64,000 bases of DNA, from positions 32,001 to 96,000 of IMG/VR virus record IMGVR_UViG_3300043013_000026. One strand, written 5' to 3'. Made by a program: the position numbers and the translations under genes. The notes beneath the pieces are model-generated. The model searched no databases. It was given only the letters and a program-made list of their open reading frames with translations, and was not told the DNA's origin. Positions within the stretch are counted from its first letter, which is position 1, and each line of letters starts with the position of its first letter. Of the stretch, positions 1 through 9,802 are shown piece by piece. The DNA is from a virus. Taxonomy: Duplodnaviria > Caudoviricetes.

Positions 1-74
1 CAGTGACATCTTCATTTGCGAGATTAGTATTGACGATAGCTTCGATTATTCATTCCCGATAATATTCTGACATT

Positions 75-290
75 ATGGATACTCTTAATATAGGAAAAAA
101 GACAGCTAACCAAGGTATTAATTCCAGTGGTAAGCTCACAGCGCAAGAGTTCAATCAGCTTGTCGATAAGGTCAACGAGATGATTGAAGAGCTGAACAAT
201 AAGGTATATGTTTCACAAGATGAATACGACGCTCTTGTGGCTGCTAATAACATAGTTTCTACCGTTGAATATAACATCTACGAGGAATGA
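75..290 (+). CDS. small hypothetical tail-region protein
   Basis: 71-aa ORF, ATGA-coupled to the next ORF, in the tail module. Confidence 0.6.
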   Translation: MDTLNIGKKTANQGINSSGKLTAQEFNQLVDKVNEMIEELNNKVYVSQDEYDALVAANNIVSTVEYNIYEE

Positions 291-460
291 TTGTAAGAAA
301 CAACATTGAACTGACTGCCAGATATTATGGCACAAAAGCCATAACAGCGGTTTATCGCGGTGCTCATTTGATATGGGAGGCCGTGAATAGCTGTTTTGGC
401 AGTGGTTACTGGATTAAAGAAAAAGCCTGGAGCAACACCGACTCTTGGCGTATCAACTAA
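287..460 (+). CDS. small hypothetical protein (57 aa, MIVRNNIELTARYYG...WRIN), not in the ORF track
   Basis: Manual translation; ATG overlaps the previous stop (ATGA); fills the gap before the giant gene. Confidence 0.6.
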   Translation: MIVRNNIELTARYYGTKAITAVYRGAHLIWEAVNSCFGSGYWIKEKAWSNTDSWRIN

Positions 461-471
461 TAAATACCAAT

Positions 472-3400
472 ATGGCAAAAAGAACTATTATTGACAGCGC
501 CATTCCTTCGATTGACACTCCTTGGGATGACGGAAAAAACGCCTATAGTGGTAAAGCGGTGGAGGACTTCATCAAGAGTCAGCTATCCTCTAAGATTGGC
601 TATGCGGTCATTCCACAGGAGAAGGACACTGATGGATACTACCATATATGGGGCTTCGCTTCCCAGTCCGCTTATAACGACTATTTGACTGACACCGTAG
701 GAGGTGCGTCGCTGCGTTTGTTGAATGTTGCCATCCCTCTGCTTGAAGAGCAGGGCGGCGTGAGCAACATTGTTACTTTGACTCGTAATTCGGCTGCATC
801 TTTAGTTACGAGTAAGGCGGTGGCAAGCGTAAATGTATCTTATCTCTGGCAACAGTACAACCCTGTCACAAAGGAAACTACTGACCAAGATGAAGATGCT
901 ACTATCGTTGTGTCATGTCGTACTCAAAACTCAAGTGGCACATGGGGTTCATGGGACTCCAGTAAGTCGTTCTCGGTCAATATTCAGTCCGGGCAGACTA
1001 AGACAATCGACCTTAGCTCTCTCCTGACTTCTGATGCAACTTATCAGGTGCGTTTGGTAGCCACAGGTGAAACAAGCGGAATTTCTGCGAGCCCTGTAAC
1101 AATGACTATCGTGTATTCTAACGTTTCTGCTACGTATGACGGTTCAATCGCGACTGCATACAAGGGCGGTAGTATTCAGCTCCCGTTCCGTATTACAGGT
1201 AGCGTTCAGAAGCAGCTCCGTATCAAAATCAATGGATACACAAAGAATTACACGTTGGGTACGACAACGTACACCGATAACACGTATGGCGCAGCGGTTA
1301 CTCAAACCGAGTTTGGGTTGGCTCGTGGTGCAGTGAAGGCAGAAGCATGGATTGCTTTTGGCGACAACTATTCTGCTGAGACAGAGCACCAAGAGTTCCA
1401 GTTTATCTACATTCCTGAAGGCGATACCGTTACAACGCCTATCTTGGCAGTAACGGATGTCGTAAGCGAGTTTGAAAACTGGACACGTACTACTATCTTC
1501 CGCTATGCTATCTACAATCCGCAGAAAGATTCGACAACAGTACGCCTGACCCTTCAGGACCGCGACACCGGTCAAATCTATATTCAAAAGGATCAGGAGT
1601 GCGTTAATGGGACAGCCTATGAGTTTGATGAGAACTTTGCAATGGAGTATGAAGGCGATGACCAGCCTACTACTATCAATGCACAGGTTACATTCACGAA
1701 CACTTCAGGCGTAACCTATGGTAACAGTATCAACTTCACAGTTGACAACTCGGAAAATTTCGCTCCGACAAAAGGTGCAAATGTAATTGTATCAGCTGAG
1801 AAGAAGACAATCACTATTGACGACGTTTCTTATGAGCTGAACGATCTCTTGAGCGATACTGAAGACACCAATTCAGGATGGAGCAGCAACGCCGAAACCG
1901 ATGCTACCGGTGCGTCTGTCAATGTCCCGGTCCTCAGTATTGCCGCCGGCAACCGTGTGACAATCCCTTATGAGCTTTTCGATGATAACACCGGTCGTAA
2001 TGACGGTGGCGTTGAAGGCTCTATTACAATGGAGTTTGACATCAAGGTTAAGAACATTGTAGGTGATGCAGAAATCATCGACGCTTCAGCGGATTTCAAC
2101 GGTGGCTACACAGGTTTGAAGTTTTATCCGACTCGTGCCGTTTGCCTGAGCCGAAATAACTACACTGAGGAATTGGCTGACGTTAACTTCCAAGAAGAAG
2201 TACGTGAGCATATCGCTATCAATATCATCCGTAACCTCCGTGGTGAAGGCATGAACCTTGTGCGTATCTATGTCAATGGTAAATCGAACCGCTCGTTCAT
2301 TTATACTGACGAGGATTACTTTACGCCTATCGGTGAAAAGGGCGCACAGAACATTATTATCGGTTCTGATGAGGCTGATGTTGATGTTTACGGCATCCGC
2401 ATTTACAAAGGTCAGCAGCTTGGTTCTACCCAAATTCAGAACGATTACATGGCCGGTATGCCTACGATTGAAGACAAGAAACTGTTCAAGCGTTACAATT
2501 CAATCTATAATGGCTCGGAGATTGGTTATGACCTTTGTAATGCAATGGGTCTTAACACTATTCTCCGTAAAATTCCTGAAGGCGGCCACTATCCCTCACG
2601 CGAAAATCAAAGCAAGCAAACCAACGTTACCATAGATGTTCGCATTTATAATGAGCGTGGTAATGCAGATAGCCTCGATATGAAGCACTCAGGAACTTTT
2701 GTTGGCATGACTGACAAAGGTCAAGGTACTTCAGCGAAAGGCTACTATTGGTGGAATATCACGGATGGTTTTGAGGATGATGTTGAGATTGAGCTTGCCG
2801 ACTACAATGCTTCAGACCCGACTCATTATACTTCCGATGGCAAGTACTACCGTAAGAAATCATACTTCAATTCTCTGGACGGCACAAGCCAAGTCTATGC
2901 CAGCAAGTACGAATTGGAAGATGGTCGTGGTGGCATTACAAAGCTCGTTGGTAAAGCCAACTACGCTTCTCCTATGCAGAGCCATAAGCTCGGTGCAATT
3001 TGGATGTATGATGAGCTTTGGCAAACTCTTGTCAACGATGGCTCTGATGACCGTCCTGTTCTGTCAAATACTCACGTTACCTGTTATGAGAAACCGTTCT
3101 TGTGCTTCTATCAGATAGGCAACGGTAATCCTATATTCTGTGGCTTCCAAACTTGGGGTAGCGGTAAAGGCGATAAGAAAACCTTTGGCTACGACAAGAA
3201 AAAGAGTCCGGGCTACTTGTGTATCTCAGGCGCTGATAATGGTGCAATCGCAGCACTTTTCCAGATGCCCTGGAATGTTTCTCAAAACGCTGACGGTGCA
3301 TGGGAAGGCAACATTTATGCTAAGAGTGTAACCATTAACACCGGTGACGTGAAGAACGGTTACTGCTATAAGAGCGGCACCAGCGACACATTGTCATTTG

Positions 3401-6400
3401 AGGTTGAAATCGGTAACAAATACGATGGCGGCGAAACTGACAAAGGCGTTCTCCGTATTGAGGACGAGGCGAAGGGCGAATCAGAGACTACTCTCTTTAC
3501 AACATTCGCTGAGTTCGCCAACTTTTTGTTCGCTTGCTCGCCGTTATTGAAGCCATACGCCGGCACTGAGTCTCAACTTATTGCTGACAGTGCAAATCTT
3601 ACACGTGACCATCAGTATTGGCTGTTCAACTCAGGTTCTGACCGTTACAACGTTTACTACTACAATCCTGCTACTTCTAAATTTGAGAAAGTAAGTAAAA
3701 TTCCGACTGCATGGGGTAGCGATGGTAGAGCATACGCTTATGGTAGTCCGAAACTTACTGAGCAGTTGGCCGGCGTAACCATTACGGTTGATACGGTTAA
3801 TGGCTCTCAGAGCATGACACTGGAAGACGCATTGAGTACTCTCGGTACGTCTGACATGAATGTGGTTAATGATTGCTTCTCAAAGGCGAGAGTGGCTTAT
3901 TTTGCCAACCATGCTTCAGCCTACATCGACACCAAAGACGTTATCTTCCACCAGTGTCAAATCAAGTTGCTTGGTGGTACCGATAACCGTACCAAGAACA
4001 CTTACTACTGCATTGACCCGGCTATTGACTTGTTGGTACGTTTGAAACAGGATGACTTGGATACTATCTTGAAGACCGATAACCAAGGTCGTCAAACCAA
4101 GCCTTACTATGTACTTGAACATACTAAGGATGCAAGTGGCAGCAACTACTGGAACGGTGAAAACAACGTTCTCTACACGTTGATCGAGCGTGCATATCCT
4201 GAACGTATGCGCACAATGATGCGTAACATGTTCGCTCAGATGGCACAGATTGCAGGTAGCGTTGAAAACTACTTCCAACAACGTTTCTACTGGGTTCAAG
4301 AGTACTTCCCTGCTGTTGCATATAACGAAACCAGCCGCCTTCTCTACGAGGTTGCTCAGGTTAAGTTGATGAATGGCTTGATTGATGTGAGCCAAGACCC
4401 TATCACTCAGGCAGTAGGCGACCAGCTGGAGTGCGAAAAGCAATTTATGAACCAGCGTCTTCCGATGTTGATGTCATGGTGCGAGTATGAAACCGGTGGC
4501 GATGGTACAGTCAGCTTCCGTTCAGTAAACAGTGTCAGCGGTCAATCACCGACATACGACATTGAATACACTGCATATCAATACATTTATCCGAAGCTTG
4601 CAGTCGGCGGTTACATCGCTACTCTGTATGCCAAGATTGATGGCGAATGGGTAAGCCAAGGTAGCGACCCGTATCTGTGTGCTCCCGGCGAAACGGTACG
4701 ACTGGTTATCGCCAGCACCGACTCTAATACCCAGTTTACACTGAGATGGATGCACTACGCTAAGAGCATTGGCAATCTTGGTACATTGCCTTGCGGTGAA
4801 GACGGTAGCGTCACTATCACAGGTAAGCGTTTGCGTAAACTGGAATGTTGGTCTGAAGACGGTGTGCCTATTGAGTTCCACCCGAAAGGCTTGGTAATCT
4901 CAAATTGCCGTAACTTGGAGGAAGTGAACTTGACTAACGCTTCGGCTTTCTCAGGAACATTCTCAGCCGACCTTCCACGTTTAAGAAAGCTCCTCCTCAG
5001 TGGCTCTGCTTACACCAGTGCGTCGCTTCCTAAGACTTCTACGTTGACTGAGGTCGAATTGCCGAGTACCGTCAATGCTATTACGGTTGACGGTCAGCCT
5101 AACCTTGCCAGTCTGACGATTGATGGTTTGTCAAGTTTGCGTACCCTCCGTATCGTTGGCAAGCATAAAATTCAGAAACAGACGCAATCAATCGTTCAGC
5201 TCGCTTACTCTCAGGCTGCAAACGCAAACAGCGTTCAGATTGACAATGTAAGCTGGACCGGCGTATCGGTTGACGTGATGATGTGGTTGCAGAAGTTGAA
5301 AGCTTCTTTGACCGGAACTATCAGCTTGACCGGAACTGTGACTTTTGCTAATAAGGTTGCGCTGGTTGGCATATACGGAAACATCGACTCTACTTCAAAT
5401 TCGTTGTATCTCAGCTATACCAAGCGTAGTATTAACAGTATAACTGTCAATGGCTTAACGTATATTTCAGAAACCGGAACATACCAATATGAAGTCGTTT
5501 GTTCGCCTTCAACCGGTAACGACGTGGCTATCAAGGATGGTAAGCTGGATGTTCTCTGGGAAATCGATGATGCCGCTAAAGCTTATGCTTCTTTCACTGA
5601 CTCTGTTAACGGAGTTTTGAAAGTCACTAAGCTGGATGAAAGCGGCACTGACACTCGATATGTTGCTCAGTGTACCGTGACTAAGACGGGTGGCACAACC
5701 CTTGTATCAGAGTTCCAAGTAGGCTTCTATCGCCGAATCCCGAAGATTGGCGACTTCGCTTATGCGGATGGCACTTTTGATGACCAATATCTGAAAGATA
5801 AGACGCTGGTTGGTATCATCTACAAAATTGATGAGATGTGGCAAGGTGATGGCGATGCTGAACCGACTATTTACACCGGTTATAACAAACCTACCGAAAC
5901 ATACAAAGCAAGTCACAAACTTGTTGGTTATCAGCTTAGTATCGACTGCAAAGAAAATCTTCCTTGCAAGAGCACTGATGGCTTCATCAATACCGGTAGC
6001 ACTGTTTGGGGTCTTTATCCGTCCAACGACTCGAATGGTCATACTGCAATTCAGAATGAGATTATCGCCGCAACCGGTATCTCAAGTATCTTTGACCTTC
6101 CGGGCATCAGTAATATCAGTAGCCGAGGTCTGTCTGGCGGTACAAGTAATGACTATGTGACAACCGGCAACTACATCGACACCAATGAAGACGACGGTTT
6201 CAAGGATTACAGTACCGGTTCTGGCTGTGTGACCGACTGGAGTGGCAAGAATAAGACGCTTGCAATCGTGAAACACGCAACTCAAATCATCTCAGCTTAC
6301 CTGCTGTCTGAAGCTAATGAGTCAGTTGCAACTAACTATGATGACGATGACGGCGTAAATCACGAGTTCGCTGAAGTTCCGACTACCGTTGAGGAAATGG

Positions 6401-7029
6401 CAAACGCTATGGAGATACTTTACAAGGCTAACAATAACCTGACGAAGTATCAACAGTTCCTTTACCCTGCCGGCTTTGGATGTTATCTCTATCAGCCTAC
6501 CGTTAAGGACGGCGAGGAGCTTGACCCTCAGTATGCTTCGACAAACTGGTATCTTCCCGCTTGTGGTGAAGAATATCGTCAGTATAGCTTCTTTGCTAAA
6601 TCAAGAACAGGCGGCATGGGTGATACTTATTCTGTTGGTCAGAATACATCTCCAGCTGCAAGTGTCATTGACAAAATGATTACTGACGCATTGGCTTCAG
6701 AGGAGTCAAATGAAATAAATTTGAATGTTTCTCCCTCTCATGTGGAGTACAGAAACTATACTGGTATAGAGATGGCTGCAATTAACCGCTATTTCCATAG
6801 CCTTGTAGAGGCTGAGAAACCGATTTATTCGATGGCTCTTTGGCGTGCTTTGGTGGCAAATGGTTCCGCACCGTTCACCCAGCACAGCACTGGCTACCAT
6901 TGGTCATCCACCGAGTACTCATCCAACTACTCGTGGTTCGTCTATTTCGGCTATGGTTATAGCTACTACTACAGCAAGTGCTTCACTTTCGTTGTTCGCC
7001 CTGCTGTAGCCTATCAGTTTTTTCTTTAA
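472..7029 (+). CDS. giant tail fibre / receptor-binding-like protein, DGR target 1 (LamG-like, CotH-kinase-like, LRR-like segments, C-terminal CLec-type variable domain)
   Basis: ~2185-aa ORF (likely ATG 472); C-terminal WYLPA...HWSSTE...VVRPAVA motif; 3' end matches the TR except at adenines. Confidence 0.85.
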   Translation: MAKRTIIDSAIPSIDTPWDDGKNAYSGKAVEDFIKSQLSSKIGYAVIPQEKDTDGYYHIWGFASQSAYNDYLTDTVGGASLRLLNVAIPLLEEQGGVSNIVTLTRNSAASLVTSKAVASVNVSYLWQQYNPVTKETTDQDEDATIVVSCRTQNSSGTWGSWDSSKSFSVNIQSGQTKTIDLSSLLTSDATYQVRLVATGETSGISASPVTMTIVYSNVSATYDGSIATAYKGGSIQLPFRITGSVQKQLRIKINGYTKNYTLGTTTYTDNTYGAAVTQTEFGLARGAVKAEAWIAFGDNYSAETEHQEFQFIYIPEGDTVTTPILAVTDVVSEFENWTRTTIFRYAIYNPQKDSTTVRLTLQDRDTGQIYIQKDQECVNGTAYEFDENFAMEYEGDDQPTTINAQVTFTNTSGVTYGNSINFTVDNSENFAPTKGANVIVSAEKKTITIDDVSYELNDLLSDTEDTNSGWSSNAETDATGASVNVPVLSIAAGNRVTIPYELFDDNTGRNDGGVEGSITMEFDIKVKNIVGDAEIIDASADFNGGYTGLKFYPTRAVCLSRNNYTEELADVNFQEEVREHIAINIIRNLRGEGMNLVRIYVNGKSNRSFIYTDEDYFTPIGEKGAQNIIIGSDEADVDVYGIRIYKGQQLGSTQIQNDYMAGMPTIEDKKLFKRYNSIYNGSEIGYDLCNAMGLNTILRKIPEGGHYPSRENQSKQTNVTIDVRIYNERGNADSLDMKHSGTFVGMTDKGQGTSAKGYYWWNITDGFEDDVEIELADYNASDPTHYTSDGKYYRKKSYFNSLDGTSQVYASKYELEDGRGGITKLVGKANYASPMQSHKLGAIWMYDELWQTLVNDGSDDRPVLSNTHVTCYEKPFLCFYQIGNGNPIFCGFQTWGSGKGDKKTFGYDKKKSPGYLCISGADNGAIAALFQMPWNVSQNADGAWEGNIYAKSVTINTGDVKNGYCYKSGTSDTLSFEVEIGNKYDGGETDKGVLRIEDEAKGESETTLFTTFAEFANFLFACSPLLKPYAGTESQLIADSANLTRDHQYWLFNSGSDRYNVYYYNPATSKFEKVSKIPTAWGSDGRAYAYGSPKLTEQLAGVTITVDTVNGSQSMTLEDALSTLGTSDMNVVNDCFSKARVAYFANHASAYIDTKDVIFHQCQIKLLGGTDNRTKNTYYCIDPAIDLLVRLKQDDLDTILKTDNQGRQTKPYYVLEHTKDASGSNYWNGENNVLYTLIERAYPERMRTMMRNMFAQMAQIAGSVENYFQQRFYWVQEYFPAVAYNETSRLLYEVAQVKLMNGLIDVSQDPITQAVGDQLECEKQFMNQRLPMLMSWCEYETGGDGTVSFRSVNSVSGQSPTYDIEYTAYQYIYPKLAVGGYIATLYAKIDGEWVSQGSDPYLCAPGETVRLVIASTDSNTQFTLRWMHYAKSIGNLGTLPCGEDGSVTITGKRLRKLECWSEDGVPIEFHPKGLVISNCRNLEEVNLTNASAFSGTFSADLPRLRKLLLSGSAYTSASLPKTSTLTEVELPSTVNAITVDGQPNLASLTIDGLSSLRTLRIVGKHKIQKQTQSIVQLAYSQAANANSVQIDNVSWTGVSVDVMMWLQKLKASLTGTISLTGTVTFANKVALVGIYGNIDSTSNSLYLSYTKRSINSITVNGLTYISETGTYQYEVVCSPSTGNDVAIKDGKLDVLWEIDDAAKAYASFTDSVNGVLKVTKLDESGTDTRYVAQCTVTKTGGTTLVSEFQVGFYRRIPKIGDFAYADGTFDDQYLKDKTLVGIIYKIDEMWQGDGDAEPTIYTGYNKPTETYKASHKLVGYQLSIDCKENLPCKSTDGFINTGSTVWGLYPSNDSNGHTAIQNEIIAATGISSIFDLPGISNISSRGLSGGTSNDYVTTGNYIDTNEDDGFKDYSTGSGCVTDWSGKNKTLAIVKHATQIISAYLLSEANESVATNYDDDDGVNHEFAEVPTTVEEMANAMEILYKANNNLTKYQQFLYPAGFGCYLYQPTVKDGEELDPQYASTNWYLPACGEEYRQYSFFAKSRTGGMGDTYSVGQNTSPAASVIDKMITDALASEESNEINLNVSPSHVEYRNYTGIEMAAINRYFHSLVEAEKPIYSMALWRALVANGSAPFTQHSTGYHWSSTEYSSNYSWFVYFGYGYSYYYSKCFTFVVRPAVAYQFFL
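6883..7010 (+). repeat. DGR variable repeat VR1
   Basis: Ungapped match to 7715-7842; 18 mismatches, all opposite TR adenines. Confidence 0.97.
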
Positions 7030-7061
7030 TCTTCCTGGCGAGTTGCCTCTGGCAACTCGCC
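7023..7061 (+). promoter_or_regulatory. DGR target-recognition element downstream of VR1: TCTTTAATCTTCCTG plus hairpin GGCGAGTTGCC-TCT-GGCAACTCGCC
   Basis: Perfect 11-bp stem (7037-7061); the same 15-mer plus a hairpin follows VR2. Confidence 0.75.
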
Positions 7062-7089
7062 TATAACTGTTAAATAAATTTAAAAATCA

Positions 7090-7605
7090 ATGGAAATCCA
7101 AGGCAAACAAATGTCTTTTGAAGAGGTATGCGACCTGTTTGATACTGGCGTACCCACCGAACCCGGAGAGCAAGTTATTCTCTCTAACGATGAAATTAAC
7201 CGCGCTCGCCGCAACAAAAGAGCAGCACAAAAGAAGGCTGCTGGCTTTCAAAACACGCCCATTTACAGGTCGTTACATTCTTCAATGAGACTGCTTATAG
7301 AAATTGTACAACTTATGCCGAGGAAGACTGTCAAGATTACTGACATGCTTCTTCAAAACTATGCTGAGATGATCCGATGGACCGCTTCGGCATACAATCA
7401 CCGTGATCCGCTACTTAAACAAAATGCTATCGAAGAATCTATTTCTTTAATGAGCGTGATAAAGATCATGCTCAACTGTATGTCCGGTCTCGTTAGCGAT
7501 AAGAAGCACAAGCAGCTGACTGCATCATTTGATGCCGTGACGCGCCAACTCGTAGCATGGCGCAGCTCATTAGAACAAAGCGAGGGTCCCGATGATGAAG
7601 CCTGA
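7090..7605 (+). CDS. avd: DGR accessory variability determinant (Avd-like four-helix bundle)
   Basis: Lies between VR and TR/RT; TPIY...MPRK...RQLVAW pattern typical of Avd; helical and basic. Confidence 0.8.
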   Translation: MEIQGKQMSFEEVCDLFDTGVPTEPGEQVILSNDEINRARRNKRAAQKKAAGFQNTPIYRSLHSSMRLLIEIVQLMPRKTVKITDMLLQNYAEMIRWTASAYNHRDPLLKQNAIEESISLMSVIKIMLNCMSGLVSDKKHKQLTASFDAVTRQLVAWRSSLEQSEGPDDEA

Positions 7606-9073
7606 TAAACGCTACATCGGGAGAGAGCTTAGAGCTTTGCTCGGATATGGGCGGTTGACTCCGTGGCATGGTATTAACTATGTCCGGAGTTACGAAGCTG
7701 CACAACCGCATATAAACAGCACTGGCAACCATTGGTCATCCACCGAGAACTCATCCAACAACTCGTGGAACGTCAATTTCGGCAATGGTAATAGCAACAA
7801 CAACAACAAGTACAACACTAACGTTGTTCGCCCTGCTGTAGCTCATCCGACAAAGGCTTGGCTTCAACTTAGGCAGACTCTCCAATTAGCCTATGAGGAT
7901 TGTTGTCGAGGTAAGACTTCCAGTCAACAATGTCAAGACTATATCCCTATCGCTAACGAGGACCTGGATATACTTACTACCGAACTTATAGAAGGAACAT
8001 ACAAGCCCACTACATCAACATGCTTTCTCGTCAGATTTCCGAAACTTAGAGAGGTATTTGCAGCCGCTTTCCGTGACCGTATCATACATCACTGGATATG
8101 TATGCGATTAGTGCCGCATTTTGAGGAACTGAACGAGAGCATAGGAAACGTTACGCATAACTGCCGTGTTGGATTTGGAACACGTTCAGCGGTTAACAGC
8201 GTATTCAACGCAATCAAAGAAGTAACTTACAGCTATGGTCAGGAAGCCTATCTTTTTAGAGGTGACTTGGTTGGCTTCTTCATGTCCTTACCTCAGCGCC
8301 GTATGTGCGACCAGCTTATTGAGTTTACACAGGCGCAATATCATGGCGATTTCAAGAACTTGCTCATTTGGCTCATAGAAGTAGTTGTTATGCACCGACC
8401 CGAATTGAATTGTATGTTCAATTCCAAGCCCGCTGATTGGGCTGGGTTGGCGCATAATAAATCTCTATTCCGTTCCGGCAAGGGACGAGGTGCGCCTATT
8501 GGAAATCTAACCACCCAGCTATTTGCCAATTTCTACATGACGGACTTCGATGCTTTTATGATGGATTGTGTAAAGAAACTGGAAGCTCAAGGCATCCGTT
8601 GTTCATTCCAGCGTTTTGTAGATGACTTTATCATTGTTTGCAACAACAAGAAAGCATTGAAGTGGATGATTAAAGCGGCTGAAATCAAAATCAAAGCAAT
8701 GGAGCTGACGATGCACAAGGACAAGCGTTACATCCAACCTACGAGCAAAGGAGTGATGTTTGTCGGCTCATACCTGAAGAACGGTCGCATATATCTCAGT
8801 AATCGCACACTTGGCCGTTTCCGTGATAAGGTTATCGGCATTGAGCGTTACATGAAAGTTTCGGAACGAGAAATCACCTCAGCCGACCTCGATCATATAC
8901 TTGCTACTCTCAATTCATATCTTGGCTTTTGTAAGGACCGCAAAACATATCGTTTGCGCCGACGTATTATGAAGCCGCTTATCTATTCGCATGAGTTTAA
9001 GCGTTACTTCAAAATCTCAAGATATGTCACAAAAGTTACTCTGAAAAAGAAATGGAAAACTATTATTAGATAG
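7592..9073 (+). CDS. DGR reverse transcriptase
   Basis: PKLREVFAAAFRDRIIHH, GDLVGFFMS, GAPIGNLTTQLFAN (DGR PIGNLTSQ-like), RFVDDF, FVGSY. Confidence 0.95.
   Translation: MMKPDKRYIGRELRALLGYGRLTPWHGINYVRSYEAAQPHINSTGNHWSSTENSSNNSWNVNFGNGNSNNNNKYNTNVVRPAVAHPTKAWLQLRQTLQLAYEDCCRGKTSSQQCQDYIPIANEDLDILTTELIEGTYKPTTSTCFLVRFPKLREVFAAAFRDRIIHHWICMRLVPHFEELNESIGNVTHNCRVGFGTRSAVNSVFNAIKEVTYSYGQEAYLFRGDLVGFFMSLPQRRMCDQLIEFTQAQYHGDFKNLLIWLIEVVVMHRPELNCMFNSKPADWAGLAHNKSLFRSGKGRGAPIGNLTTQLFANFYMTDFDAFMMDCVKKLEAQGIRCSFQRFVDDFIIVCNNKKALKWMIKAAEIKIKAMELTMHKDKRYIQPTSKGVMFVGSYLKNGRIYLSNRTLGRFRDKVIGIERYMKVSEREITSADLDHILATLNSYLGFCKDRKTYRLRRRIMKPLIYSHEFKRYFKISRYVTKVTLKKKWKTIIR
7715..7842 (+). ncRNA. DGR template repeat (TR)
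   Basis: AAC/AAT-rich copy of VR1 and VR2 that retains A at all variable positions. Confidence 0.95.
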
Positions 9074-9085
9074 AAGGACTCTGAT

Positions 9086-9733
9086 ATGAAACAAGTATAT
9101 AAATTCAACACGGAGCCTGCCACAATCAGTAATGGCGGCTATAAAAAGGGCAGCTGGATAGTCTGGCTGAACCTTAATGTGGCTGAAATCGAAGAGCCGC
9201 AAGAAAACCAACCTGAGCGTTTTGAGAGCGTGACTGACCGTTACGTGCTCTCTGATAAAACGCTCTCAGCATTTTTGGATGTAGTTGATCCGGCACATCT
9301 GGCTATGGCATCTAATACCGAACTGGAGGCGATACTGCGTTATTTCCAGGTTGATGAGGATATTGATAGCTGGAAGGCAATCCGTAAGGTTCAAATACAA
9401 GGTTACGACAGCAGCAATAAGGTGAATCAATTCTACCTGAACGATGTCGCTTTGTGGCTTGACAAGGCTACCAGAGTCGGGCTTGTTAACTCTATCACTA
9501 TCGAAAAGGAGGCAGGACGAGAAGAAACCTGTTTGTGGTTCGATGGATTGATGGTTCGCATGAAAGTTACCGATGCACTGGCAGCGCTTTCTCAGCTTGA
9601 ATTGTATGCTTTGGATTGCTATAACGTGACCGCTCAGCATCAAGTAGCTATCACTCAAGCGCAAGCTATTGATGAATTACGTGACTTTGACATCACTGCC
9701 GATTACCCGGAAATGCTCCAGTTCAAAATGTAA
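9086..9733 (+). CDS. DUF4376-like tail-associated protein
   Basis: WLDKATRVGLVNS...LELYALDCYNVTAQH...YPE pattern recalled from Bacteroidota phage DUF4376 proteins. Confidence 0.65.
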   Translation: MKQVYKFNTEPATISNGGYKKGSWIVWLNLNVAEIEEPQENQPERFESVTDRYVLSDKTLSAFLDVVDPAHLAMASNTELEAILRYFQVDEDIDSWKAIRKVQIQGYDSSNKVNQFYLNDVALWLDKATRVGLVNSITIEKEAGREETCLWFDGLMVRMKVTDALAALSQLELYALDCYNVTAQHQVAITQAQAIDELRDFDITADYPEMLQFKM

Positions 9734-9753
9734 GAATAAGAGCAGCGTCTATC

Positions 9754-9780
9754 CCCTTTATGAAGGAGATTTGACTATTC
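9754..9780 (+). promoter_or_regulatory. putative phage late promoter CCC-N18-CTATTC
   Basis: Same bipartite motif and 18-nt spacing at five intergenic sites upstream of start codons. Confidence 0.55.
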
Positions 9781-9802
9781 TCTATAAAAGACCAGAACAG
9801 AT

